From contig NW_021833789.1 in assembly GCF_006345805.1 (NCBI RefSeq), positions 1-57,359 of the forward strand: 57,359 nt of DNA. Reading direction: 5' to 3'. Source of the stretch: Octopus sinensis (Eukaryota). Shown here piece after piece: positions 30,599-42,876 of the stretch (positions are counted from its first letter, which is position 1; each line of letters opens with the position of its first letter). The position numbers were made by a program, and so were the translations under genes. A model generated the notes under the pieces. That model was not told the DNA's origin. It saw nothing but the letters and a program-made list of their open reading frames with translations, and searched no databases.

Positions 30599-30762
30599 AT
30601 ATATACGACAGGCTTCTTTCAGTTTCCAAAACCACTCACAAGGGTTTGGTCGTCCCGAGGCTATAGTAGAAGATACTTGCCCAAGGTGTCACGCAGCGGG
30701 ACTGAACCCGGAACCATGTAGTTGGTAAGCAAGCTTCTTACCACACAGTCACTCCTGCGCCT
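30300..30762 (-). mobile_element. SINE family A, full length
   Basis: Same head, body, microsatellite and tail as 4292-4716. Confidence 0.88.
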
Positions 30763-30776
30763 ATATAAATATATAT

Positions 30777-30822
<46 letters not shown>

Positions 30823-30919
30823 CATATGCATGTATGTGTATGTGTGTGTGAGTAACCTAGTTAGGTATACAGACAGAGTAAATTTAACTATTTCTCCGTA
30901 GATCAACAAAATGATAAAA

Positions 30920-30962
30920 ACCTAAATCGATTTTCGAACCTTATTGACGTCTCGTCAGAGGT
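30920..30962 (-). ncRNA. Type I hammerhead ribozyme motif (dimer-type stem III)
   Basis: Minus strand ACCT CTGACGA GAC GTCAATAAG GTTC GAAA ATCGAT TT AGGT. Confidence 0.5.
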
Positions 30963-31716
30963 GTCTATATCACTTGAGCAATCCCAGAGAAACAGGCAGC
31001 CAATCTGTGTATATACTCAACAAATGCCGGCAGCTGAGGTTACCAATTTGCATACCATAAGAGCTTAGCACTTAGTCACAATACATGGAGTCAAGTAATC
31101 CGGTAGTACACATAATTAAACCCCCTTAATGTATTCTGTAGGATTTTTTGCATTAATTATGCATTAATATAGACGAGCACAATAGCAAATCTTATCAGAA
31201 CAAAACACAAACTGCCTCAAACCAAACCATAAATTTACGCTAGTAATATATCACTATATATCACAAAGTCGATATGAACAAAACCCGCCATATTAACTGC
31301 ACACTACAGGCAGGTAGAATCGAGGATGTAGAGGCCTGAGTTGTTGACTTCACCATTCTGACAGTTGCATTGGTCAGACGAGTGTAACACTCTCTTGTAG
31401 GTTTACCATAGATTCAGAAAAAGGAGCAATAACAACAAACCAAGCCATAGAACATAAAACAAAACAATGTAGGAAGATATCAACAGACAATACATTCATA
31501 CGATATAGAATCACTGACAAAAATTAAAGGATTAAGAAGGCGAGCAATACTCGTGTCTCAAAACGAAGCTCAAATTAGCAGACAAACAACCTACACACAT
31601 CATAAACATGATAATCTCTTGAATGATGACGTATAACTCTAAAGGCCGAATTTCGGCGCTAAAGTGTGAATAGCAAAAAAACGTTCATTATGCGAGAGGC
31701 GGCACCGAAGCCAATA

Positions 31717-32118
31717 TCTATTTCTTTACTACCCACAAGGGGCTACTTAGAGGGGACAAACAAGGACAGACAAATGGAGTAATTCGATTATATCCACCCC
31801 AGTGCGTAACTGGTACTTATTTAATCGACCCCGAAAGGATGAAAGGCAAAGTTGACCTCGGCGGAATTTGAACTCAGAACGTAGCGGCAGACGAAATACC
31901 TATTTCTTTACTACCCACAAGGGACTAAAGATAGAGGGGACAAACAAGGACAGACAAAGGGATTAAGTCGATTACATCGACCCCAGTGCGTAACTGGTAC
32001 TTAATCGACCCCGAAAGGATGAAAGGCGAAGTCGACCTCGGCGGAATTTGAACTCAGAACGTAACGGCAGACGAAATACGGCTACGCATTTCGTCCGGCA
32101 CGCTGACGCCTCTGTCAG
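31717..32118 (-). mobile_element. SINE-B dimer
   Basis: Two bodies; junction GAAATACC|TATTTCTTTAC at 31900/31901. Confidence 0.85.
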
Positions 32119-32583
32119 CTCATGAACTGATGATCATTGCGGGACGATCGGCAAGTGTCTCAAAGAATTTCTCACTGTTGACAAAAAGGTGTAAAAACAC
32201 AATAGCAACTCAGGGTGACCCCACCCTAAACTTAACCCTAACCCTAACCCCACCCACCACTACTGGACTCAGCAACAACGCACACCAAAAGGGATGTAAA
32301 TCCGACCTGACTGAGAAGCTAAGCTTCTCTTATAAGAAATCAATCAATATCGATTGGCAATTAGTATTAACTAGTGATGGCACATATCGATCGCTAGGCT
32401 GAAGCAAATTCGTGAATAGATACGCGAAACAGGGCCTGAGCATAAATAAGCGTAAGACTAGTTCAAATATGCTTGAGAGATATTTGAACAAGTAAAAGTC
32501 TTTTCGCTGCATTTTGTCTGAAGTCTGTCCGTTTAAATCATAAACGAAGCCATAGGCTCACTTAAGATTCATTAGTTTAGGAA

Positions 32584-32633
32584 TTTCTGGGCTGACGAGA
32601 CATCGGGCTGTCGAAACATCGGTGTCCCAGTAA
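32584..32633 (+). ncRNA. Type I hammerhead ribozyme, near-canonical
   Basis: CTGGG CTGACGA GACA TCGGGC TGTC GAAA CA TCGG TG T C CCAG: all core nucleotides present, GUC triplet at 32624-32626. Confidence 0.72.
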
Positions 32634-33239
32634 CACTTTTAGAATGTTTTATGAACACATGGCTGTCGTAAAGGTGTGCTCTCTTGTGATGAACACAACA
32701 ACAACATATTTGTATTCGATTGCCGGAACGCATTGAAAATAAATACACAAGTCATCATTTTGAATCGCGTTATCCATCGTGTATTTAACGATATCACACA
32801 CACACACACACACACAGACACACACACACACATACATACATACACACACACGCACGCACGCACACACGTGAATGTGTTTCAGTCAGAAGTTGGCCCCAGC
32901 CATATCTAAATTACTGGCTTCAACTGATATTAAGTCATTTAAAAGTCGTTTTGTGGTATCATGGCCCATTGTTGACTGCGTGCATGTGTGTCTGAGAGTG
33001 TGTGTGTGTAATGCGCAGTGTGTATGTGTGTGTGCATATGTATAGGTATGTGTCTCTGTGAGTTTGTATATCTCGTTCACATGACAAAAATTAGAAAATC
33101 ACTTGTCAAAAGATTAGAATATATCTGAACGTTTCTGAGTTGCAGGTTAAAATGAATTGTAAAGAAGGAGGATGAAAAAACGTGCCGAAGACCAGAAAAT
33201 TTAAGTGTAGTGATATTTCACATACTTATAGTAACTAAC

Positions 33240-33923
33240 AAGGCGTCCTAAGTTCAAATTCCGCCGATGCCGACTTCGCATTTCATCCTTTCAGGGTCGA
33301 TAAATTAAGTACCAGTTACGCACTGGGGTCGATGTAATCGACTTAATCCCTTTGTCTGTCCTTGTTTGTCCCCTCTGTGTTTAGCCCCTAGTGGGTAATA
33401 AAGAAACATATAGTAACTAACAAGGCGTTCTAAGTTCAAATTCCGCCGATGCCGACTTCGCCTTTCATCCTTTCGGAGGTCGATAAATTAAGTACCAGTT
33501 GCACACTGGAGTTGATCTCATCGACTGGTTCCCCTCCCCCAAAATTTCCGGCCTTGTGCCTAGAGTAGAAAAGAAAAGAAACGTTAGCACGCCGGGCAAA
33601 ATGCTTTTCCGCCGAGGTCGACTTTGCCTTTCACCCTTTCGGGGTCGATTAAATAAGTACCAGTTACACACTGGGGTCGATATAATCGACTTAATCCGTT
33701 TGTCTGTCCTTGTTTGTCCTCTCTGTGTTTAGCCCCTTGTGGGTAGTAAAGAAATAGGTATTTCGTCTGCTGCTCCGTTCTGAGTTCAAATTCCGCTGAG
33801 GTCGACTTTGTCTTTCATCCTTTCGGTGTCAATAAATTTAGCACCAGTTGCGTACTGGGGTCGATATAATCGACTGGCCCCTTCCCCCAAAATTTCGGGT
33901 CTGTGCCTAGAGTAGAAAAGGAT
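33240..33923 (+). mobile_element. SINE-B array of about four to five units with mixed tails
   Basis: Repeated GAGTTCAAATTCCGC / CTTTCATCCTTTC / AGTACCAGTT bodies. Confidence 0.88.
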
Positions 33924-34049
33924 ATAATGAATAACGTGCATTGTAAGCATAAAACGATTTGCTGCAGCATGGCCAGAGCCCTTTCTAGACCATGGTAATG
34001 ATTATATTTCATATTAGTCATTATGTTATTATAAATAAAATAATGAGAA

Positions 34050-34092
<43 letters not shown>

Positions 34093-34097
34093 TGTGT

Positions 34098-34135
<38 letters not shown>

Positions 34136-34142
34136 CTGTATG

Positions 34143-34178
<36 letters not shown>

Positions 34179-34876
34179 GACGTCGTTGTAATATAAAATA
34201 GTTTCTTTGCGTTGAGAAAAAGACAGTAAGAAGGAAAGAAAAAAGCGAAAGAAGGAAAGAGACGAGAGATAAAAACTTGGAATATATATACAACAGACTA
34301 ATTCGAAAAGAGATGTTTTATTTGTGTTTTTTTTTTTTTTTTGATACTGGGAGGATTAATAAGATGAGAATAAAAAGTGAAATTAAATCTCTGCACTAGA
34401 CAAGAAGATAATCTACGCCTGTAATAACCGTCTCTGTGTGTATTAATGTAACGAAGCAAATTAATATTATAAAAACAGGTCAACGAAGCTGATATAACGA
34501 ACACAAAAAAATAAAAAAGCAACACAAATTGATATTTGATAAAAAAGAAAACCTATTGTAATACAATAACTGTAATGAAATATAAGAAGAAAGTTGTTTT
34601 TTAAAAACCAACCAACAGAACGACAATATAATGGTTACAAAATAAAATATGAGAATGGTTTTTCCTCTCGTAATTAATTCAATATTGCGAATCCTATAGA
34701 ATGTTTTCTTCTCCAACTAAATGAAACGATCTACGGTTTCAAATCGAGAGCTAGACTAACTTATATCACCATAGTTTCGGATTTTATATTCTGAAAGATT
34801 AAAAAGTATACAGGTATCCTATAGGTATATTGCATTCGTCCATTCATCTGTTTTCTCTGCTCAGTATTAAAGGGAG

Positions 34877-35262
34877 GAGTGGAGGCGCAATGGCCCAGTG
34901 GTTAGGGCAGCGGACTCGCGGTCGTAGGATCGCGGTTTCGATTCCCAGACCGGGCGTTGTGAGTGTTTATTGAGCGAAAACACCTAAAGCTCCACGAGGC
35001 TCCGGCAGGGGATGGTGGTGATCCCTGCTGTACTATTTCACCACAACTTTCTCTCACTCTTACTTCCTGTTTCTGTTGTACCTGTATTTCAAAGGGCCGG
35101 CCTTGTCACTCTCTGTGTCACGCTGAATATCCCCGAGAACTACGTTAAGGGTACACGTGTCTGTGGAGTGCTCAGCCACTTACACGTTAATTTCACGAGC
35201 AGGCTGTTCCGTTGATTCGGATCAACCGGAACCCTCGTCGTCGTAACCGACGGAATGCTTCC
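34877..35262 (+). mobile_element. tRNA-derived SINE family C, full length, 11-bp target-site duplication
   Basis: Head GGAGGCGCAATGGCCCAGTGGTTAGGGCAGCGGAC..GGTTTCGATTCCC; TSD ATTAAAGGGAG at 34866-34876 and 35263-35273. Confidence 0.85.
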
Positions 35263-35670
35263 ATTAAAGGGAGAGCCGTGCTGGTTGATTTTTCTCACGG
35301 ACAAAAACCATCGCACCATATCTGTCGAAAATATAATACCGTTAAGTATGATTCATAGATGACTGCCTTAGTAAACTAATACAGTTTCATTTACGCGTAC
35401 ATGAGTTTTTATTCAGCCCAGGGTCTCACTGCAGTATCAGCGAATATATTATACACTGTTCGGTTTATAACGGAAAGAAATAGACTCCTTCTAGGCATGT
35501 GGGTAGTGTGTAAAACTTATCAACACATCTAATGTTCGTGTGGGTCACAACTGAGACGATCTTCGTCTCGCTCCGATATGTATTGTGTTTTAAACACAGA
35601 ATATCTATAAAGAGGTGATAAATCTCAGAGCGAGTTATAAACAGTAGCGGTAACACATCGTGATGCATAT

Positions 35671-35875
35671 TTGCCATTTGAATATGGCTAACCCCTAAGG
35701 GTGGATGCTACTGTAGTTTGTAGCCCCAGGAAGATATCTCCTCCAGCTGGCTATAGACACACTATACTGATAGGCCACAGATAGTGTGTCTATAGCCAGC
35801 TGGAGGAGATATCTTCCTGGGGCTACAAACTACAGTAACATCCACCCTTAGGGGTTAGCCATATTCAAATGGCAA
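35671..35875. repeat. Near-perfect inverted repeat: 95-bp arms, 15-nt spacer
   Basis: 35671-35765 versus 35781-35875, one mismatch seen. Confidence 0.93.
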
Positions 35876-36324
35876 CTATTCGTCACGATATCTATAAAGA
35901 GGGTTTTCTCTCAAACAGAACACACAACGTCATGCCCCTCAATGGCGTATATTCGTTAAGCATAACGATCAGGCTGTTATTATCAGTTATTACGCTTTCA
36001 ATTGTATACATCAAATTTTGAAAGGTACCGTTAACTCGAGTTTACCGTTATTTTGGGAAACTTCTAGTTTTTAAAGATTTTAACAACCATAAATTGACGA
36101 TAGCAAAGAGGGCATCCTTATGTTAGGGTGGGGTGGGGGAGAAACTAAACGTAGTGGTAAGTGCTAGGTTGTCTAGGGTAGTGAACACAATATGGATAAG
36201 GAGATATATGGCTGATGAAGCGTAATAATACGGAAAGGTGTCTGTTGCATGTCTAGTATTTCCATCATCTAATACAGTTCTGTATGCATAGATGCACACT
36301 CATAGATATAACGTGTGCGAGTCT

Positions 36325-36383
<59 letters not shown>

Positions 36384-36418
36384 CATATATATATATATAT
36401 ACATATAGTATGTGTGTG

Positions 36419-36454
<36 letters not shown>

Positions 36455-36455
36455 C

Positions 36456-36491
<36 letters not shown>

Positions 36492-36493
<2 letters not shown>

Positions 36494-36724
36494 AGGCGGG
36501 GAGCTGCCAGAAACGTTAGCGCGGCGGGCGAAATGCTTAACGGTATTTCGTCTGCCGTTACGCTCTGAGTTCAAATTCCGCCGAGGTCGACTTTGCCTTT
36601 CATCCTTTCGGGTCGATAAATAAAGTACCATTTTCGCACTGGGGTCGATGTAATCGACTTAATCCGTTTGTCTGTCCTTGTTTGTCCCCTCTGTGTTTAG
36701 CCCCTTGTGGGTAGTAAAGAAATA
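36492..36724 (+). mobile_element. SINE-B monomer, full length, tail type 1
   Basis: GGCGGGGAGCTGGCAG-like head through ..GTGGGTAGTAAAGAAATA. Confidence 0.88.
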
Positions 36725-36794
36725 TATATACACACACATACATATATACATATATATATACGTATATACACATATATATATATGTACATGAATA

Positions 36795-36802
36795 TCTGTC
36801 TG

Positions 36803-36883
<81 letters not shown>

Positions 36884-36929
36884 ATCTATCTATCTATCTA
36901 TCTATTTATCTATCTATCTATCTACCTAC

Positions 36930-36964
<35 letters not shown>

Positions 36965-36984
36965 CCTATCTATCTATCTATCTA

Positions 36985-37031
<47 letters not shown>

Positions 37032-37060
37032 ATCTATCTATCTGTCTATCTATCTATCTG

Positions 37061-37109
<49 letters not shown>

Positions 37110-37189
37110 ATCTATCTATCTGTCTATCTATCTATCTATCTATATCTATCTATCTATCTATCTATCTATTTATCTATCTATCTACCTAC

Positions 37190-37258
<69 letters not shown>
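36795..37258. repeat. (TCTA)n microsatellite
   Basis: Direct reading. Confidence 0.95.
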
Positions 37259-37422
37259 CGCGTGTATATATATATACTAAAACATTTTTCAGGATTTAAG
37301 GATATATATATATATACACACACATACTTATATATATATGTATAGATGCAGCGTCTTAGTTTTTTTTTATTTCTAGTACTTTTTTCAAACACTCGTACCT
37401 CGAAACTGACGGGAGCGACCAT

Positions 37423-37466
<44 letters not shown>

Positions 37467-37919
37467 TATATATACACGTGTGATGGTATAGGTGGCGACA
37501 TGTGTATGCGTATATTACTTTGAATAAAGCCATGTGGTTATATCTATAATTTATGCAATCATAATTCTGTAATTTATGAGATGCATTTATAACACTATAT
37601 ATGCATCTCTACACCTCCTTCTGCACTGAGATCTCGTCCAGTTTTAGCATGAATATTATGTGACAGATGTGCATATCCTGCAGAGAAAGGGACCTTGAAT
37701 ACATCCTGTAAAAAGGGCAAGATAACCCAGTCGTCAGACAGACCAACCAAAGCGTGTTCGGTACGAAGCCGAGATAAATACAACAAACTTATGTCCTGTG
37801 AGGAGTCTTTACGTTGTTACTGAAAATGCTAGATATAGCAGTTAATAGCTCCCTAAATCATATCCCTCTTACTGTCCTGCATTGAGGAAGATAGACATTG
37901 AGTAATTTAGGCTCACAAC

Positions 37920-38522
37920 AAAGGCGGCGAGCTGGCGGAAACTTTAGCACGCCGGGCGAAATGCTTAGCGGTATTTCGTCTGCCGTTACGTTCTGAGTTC
38001 AAATTCCGCCGAGGTCGACTTTGCTTTTCATCCCTTCGGGGTCGATTAAATAAGTACCAGTTACGCACTGGGGTCGATGTAATCGACTTACTCCGTTTAT
38101 CTGTCCTTGCTTGTCTTCTCTGTGTTTAGCCCCTTGTGGGTAGTAAAGAAATAGGTATTTCTTCTATCTTTACGTTCTGAGTTCAAATTCCGCTGAGGTC
38201 GATAAATTAAGTACCAGTTGCGCACTGGGGTCGATCTATTCGACTGGATTCCTCCCCCAAAATTTCGGGCCTTGTGCTTAGAGTAGAAAAGATATGTTGG
38301 GCTACTAAAGCGGTGAACTGGCACAAGCGTTAGCATATCGGGCGAAATGCTTAGCTGTATTTCGTCTGTCTTTACGTTCTGAGTTCAAATTCCGCCGAAG
38401 TCAACTTTGCCTTTCATCCTTTCGAGGTCGATAAATTAGGTACCAGTTACGCTCTGGGGTCGATCTAATCGATTGGCCTCCTCCCCTAAAATTTCGGTCC
38501 TTGTGCCTAGCGTAGAAAGGAA
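37920..38522 (+). mobile_element. SINE-B trimer
   Basis: Full unit, then junction AAAGAAATA|GGTATTT at 38153/38154, then two tail-2 units. Confidence 0.88.
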
Positions 38523-39069
38523 TATAGGCTCCCAAGAGTCTTATCTGTCATATGATGGGTAACTCTGAAAATATATTGCTAAGTATATCTTTTGTCGCGA
38601 TGGATAAATAGCGGCGAAAATAGCAGACACAAAACAAATTATATTTTAACTTTTATCAATGGTATTTATAGAAAATGATGAAATGAACCTGTGACTTCTT
38701 CAGCGACACTTATTTCATGAAATAAATGGAAATAAATGCCTTGCAACCTCTGTTATACATATTTATATATATGTATATACACGTGACATATAAGTATACG
38801 CACACTCAAACGCGCACACACACACACACTGACGTACACTCTGGTCTCTTATATGTAAGTATATTTTTATCTAAGTCTTGTACGACTCTATTCTTTCTAT
38901 TCTTTTATTCTTTCCTTTGTTCTATCAGCTCTTTCATGCTTACTGCGTTCATTCCACTCTTCGTTCTTTCGTTCCTCCTTTCTCACATTTCCTGGCCTCC
39001 CCTTCATGCTCACTTTCCCTCCTCTTTTCACTTCACTATGTCCCTGTCATTTTTTCTCATCTCTCCTTA

Positions 39070-39575
39070 TTTCTTCTATCCCTCTACCCCTCTCTTTCTT
39101 CTCTCCCCACGTGACCGGTGTTCGGCCAAACCTGACCTTTCTTTCTTGGTTCGACTACCATCCACGCAACATCTATATTCCTCCCTGTGCCTGTCAAATC
39201 TTATATCCCTGCCGTAAGGCTTTACTTCCACACACGCCAGATTAATTCAATTCGTCCTTAGTCGAAAGACACCTGTTGTTATGTCCTGTTATTTGTATTT
39301 GTGTAACATTCACCGTTTTTTCCGTCCTTGTTTTCGTATACATTCGCTGCTTTCTTCCAAGGAATCTAATGATTTTAGCTTAGTTTTTCCTTGGGGCTGG
39401 CCAGATTGAAGCAATCTCGAGTATAACCAACCGAAATTGCAACGATAATCTGGAACTCGACTGAGGAAAGAAAACTCCGAATGACCCGTCCTTGTTTTCT
39501 TTGTATCGTGTATCTGGAATTTTGTTGTCCCCTTTGTATCACCTAACTGCCTGATGATGTTTTGCGTCTTGTCCC
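39070..39575 (+). repeat. Dispersed ~500-bp repeat, partner of 12596-13083
   Basis: See 12596-13083. Confidence 0.8.
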
Positions 39576-39619
39576 ATTTTGTATGTGTATATATATATAT
39601 ATATAATATATATATATAT

Positions 39620-39686
<67 letters not shown>

Positions 39687-40183
39687 TGTATGTATGTATA
39701 TACATATATATATTATATACTCATATATAGAGAGAGAGAGTGAAAAAGAGTGAGAGAGAAAGAGAGAGAGCGAAGGAGAGAGAGAATGATGTTTATCTCC
39801 AATTTACATGAAACTGGATGGTTTAAATTAATTAAGAACGTTTGGAAATGAATCAGAATGTGTTTAAGTTAATATTGATGTTTGGCTCTGAGGCAACTGT
39901 GATCGAGGAGGCATACAGTTAAAGGCGTTCTAGCGAAGACCATCCACATTTTTAGGGCCATCTTAAGCTTTTCTCGTTTTTCCTTTTCGTGACATAGTGA
40001 TTTCAGTGGGATTTGGCTGCTATTTCTTTATGAAGTTCTCTCCATGCTTTCGCAACTGGTGACGTTATTGTTGTTGCAAACACGAAGACAAATATACACA
40101 CGTACAAATACATTGACCTACACGTCGAGTTTCTTTCGGTTTCCGTCTTACAAGATTTGGGTCGACCCGGGGCCATTGTAGAA

Positions 40184-40790
40184 TAGTGCTTCTCAAACTA
40201 TCTGATGTGGCGTACCGGCAGCATTTTTTTCCCAATGTGCCAGGGACCGGTAATATTTCTTTATAATATTAATTTATACCGGAAACTATATAATTACGGA
40301 GATGTACTTGCATAGGAAGAATTGATCTGAGATCGTGTGTTCAAACAAAAACAATTGCAGCATGGAAGGTGTTTATAAGCCATTTAAAAACACACAAAAA
40401 CTGTTAAATTCACTTCAACATTTAAATTCAATTTGTGTCAAAATATTTTCGTCGCTGCGGAATTTTGTCATTGAACAGGTCCCGGTTTCAAAGCGACGAA
40501 AATATTTTAACGCAAATAAAATTTAAATGTTGACGGGAATCTGACGGGTTTTTTTTGTGAGTTTTTAAATGGCTTATAAACACCTTCCATGCTGCAATAT
40601 ATATAATGAATATAATAAAAGTTGACAATTTTTAAAATTTTCTATTTATTTTGTAAACAAATGATAGAATATTACATAAGCATTTTATAAGCATTTTATA
40701 ATGTTTCTTTTCTAGAAACTCGCCGCGTACCAGCAACTGATGGCTCGCGGATCGGCACCAGTCCGCGGGCCACCACTTTGAGTACCACTG
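40184..40790 (+). mobile_element. hAT (Charlie-like) MITE, 607 bp, 8-bp target-site duplication, inside SINE-A
   Basis: Ends TAGTGCTTCTCAAA / TTTGAGTACCACTG; TSD TTGTAGAA at 40176-40183 and 40791-40798; the SINE sequence resumes GACATTTGTCAA. Confidence 0.88.
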
Positions 40791-41187
40791 TTGTAGAAGA
40801 CATTTGTCAAACACTGGAAGATTTAGCTGTTGTTTCTAGCAAACATGTCAAACAACTGCATTGAGGCTTCCTCTGCTGGTTCGATGACTGGATCATATGG
40901 AGACACAAAAGCGGAAGATGAAAATAGGGAGATGGCGGCTGAATAGCGGTTGTAAAAAAATTCCAACCAGCAGATCACAGAGAAAGTATGCATGCGATAA
41001 TATTCTGGAACAGAATTTTCAATGAGGTCACCAGAATTTTCGTTAAGCGATCGCTAATCTCACGTTATTGATGATAATCTTGTGATCTTTGAAACAAGCC
41101 AAGTCCTTATGATTGCAAATACAGCTCCGCACCCGTTCCACTCTTCTCTCTCGTTATTTCTCCCGTCTGTCTTTATCTATCTACTTG

Positions 41188-41251
<64 letters not shown>

Positions 41252-41252
41252 C

Positions 41253-41287
<35 letters not shown>

Positions 41288-42095
41288 CCTTTCTATCAAT
41301 CAATCAGTTTATCTATCTATTTATCTACTTTTCATAATTTTCCTCTCCCTCTCTTTCTCTCTCCCCTCTCTCTATATATATATGTGTATATATATACTTA
41401 TATATACATATATATATGTATATATATGCTTGTATATATGTATATACATGTATGTATATATGTAAATATGTATATCTGTATGCATATACATATATGTGCA
41501 TGTATGTGTATGTATGTGTATGTATGTATGTATATATATATATATACATTCATGCACACACACACATACATATATATACATATACATACATACATACTTG
41601 TATGCATAACACATGTATGCGTATGTGCTAACAAACATAAATACACACACACACACACATAAACACACACACTTTCTGAGTACCTTTGACTCTATTGCTT
41701 TCTGTCTACACACCCCGGTACACAGGCACACATATACACACATATCCACACAAACACTTTCGTAGAGCGGGAATGAGAGAGTGAGAGAGACGGGGAAGAA
41801 GAGAGAGAAACTTCAAATGCACATCAGAGACCGATGCAGTCCCTCTTTTCCACTGAGTGTTGCTTACTCATACATCGTTTCCGTTCTCTCTCTTTCCCTT
41901 TCTCAATCTCCCTCTCTCTCTTCCTCTCTCCTTCTATTCATCTGTAGTTATATATACACCCGAACATAGCCACACAGACGGACGTTCACACACATACACA
42001 GCCTACGTTGTCTTCCACACACGCAAATAACACCACTTCACGTATGCCATCTTATAACAAATGCATACAGTCTGTCTGTCTGTCTGTCTCTCTGC

Positions 42096-42147
<52 letters not shown>

Positions 42148-42151
42148 ATTA

Positions 42152-42187
<36 letters not shown>

Positions 42188-42192
42188 ATCTA

Positions 42193-42225
<33 letters not shown>

Positions 42226-42262
42226 CTATCTATCTATCTATCTATATCTATATCTATATCGA

Positions 42263-42294
<32 letters not shown>

Positions 42295-42786
42295 ATCTAT
42301 ATCTATATCTATATCTATCTATCTTTCTCTCTCTCTCTCTCTCTCTGTGTCTCTTACCCCCTTTGATTTACACGCAGATATACAAAGATTCTCTCTCTCT
42401 CGTTCTCTCTACCCTCCTCTTTTCTTCTCTCTTCTCTCTCTGTCTCCTGCTTCTCTCTATCTATCGCTCTTTTTCTCTCTCTCTGTCTTTGTTTTTGCCT
42501 CTCTCTTTCTGCTCCCCTCTCTCTCTGTTTCCTGCCTATCTCTTTCTTTCTATCTGTCCCTTTGTCTTTCTGCTTCTCTCTCGTTTTCCCTCCCTCCCTC
42601 CCTCCCTCCCTCTGCCACTGTCTTCCCTCCGTTTTCGCCATTGATTATTCTTGCCCTATCGCTATGTGCAAATTGTGTCTATTTTGGTCTGTTCTGGTCT
42701 TTTCTGTGGTTTGGGCAGCGGTGTGTCCATGAGAAAGGGCGAGAGTAAGACAGACGGAGAGAGAAAGAGAGAGCGAGCGAGCGAGC

Positions 42787-42876
<90 letters not shown>

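Noticed and set aside
32225-32250. CCCTAA telomere-like repeats
   Set aside because: Only two to three imperfect units, too short to call an interstitial telomere.
32395-32445. Second hammerhead-like string AGG CTGAAGC..CGCGAAACAGGGCCT
   Set aside because: A9 is missing, stem II does not pair cleanly and there is no NUH triplet.
34880-34955. tRNA gene candidate (likewise the SINE-A and SINE-B heads)
   Set aside because: A and B boxes are present, but each continues into a SINE body and the 34877 copy has a TSD; no intact cloverleaf is supportable.
39455-39495. CTGAGGA..CCGAAT..GTC hammerhead-like motif
   Set aside because: GAAA is absent in both repeat copies, the stems do not pair, and the partner copy reads CTAAGGA.
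40830-41030. Possible exon (acceptor TGTTGTTTCTAG; short open frames on both strands)
   Set aside because: The acceptor lies in a motif also seen at ~40010 (GATTTGGCTGCTATTTCT), so it is probably repeat-derived; the peptides are unrecognisable.
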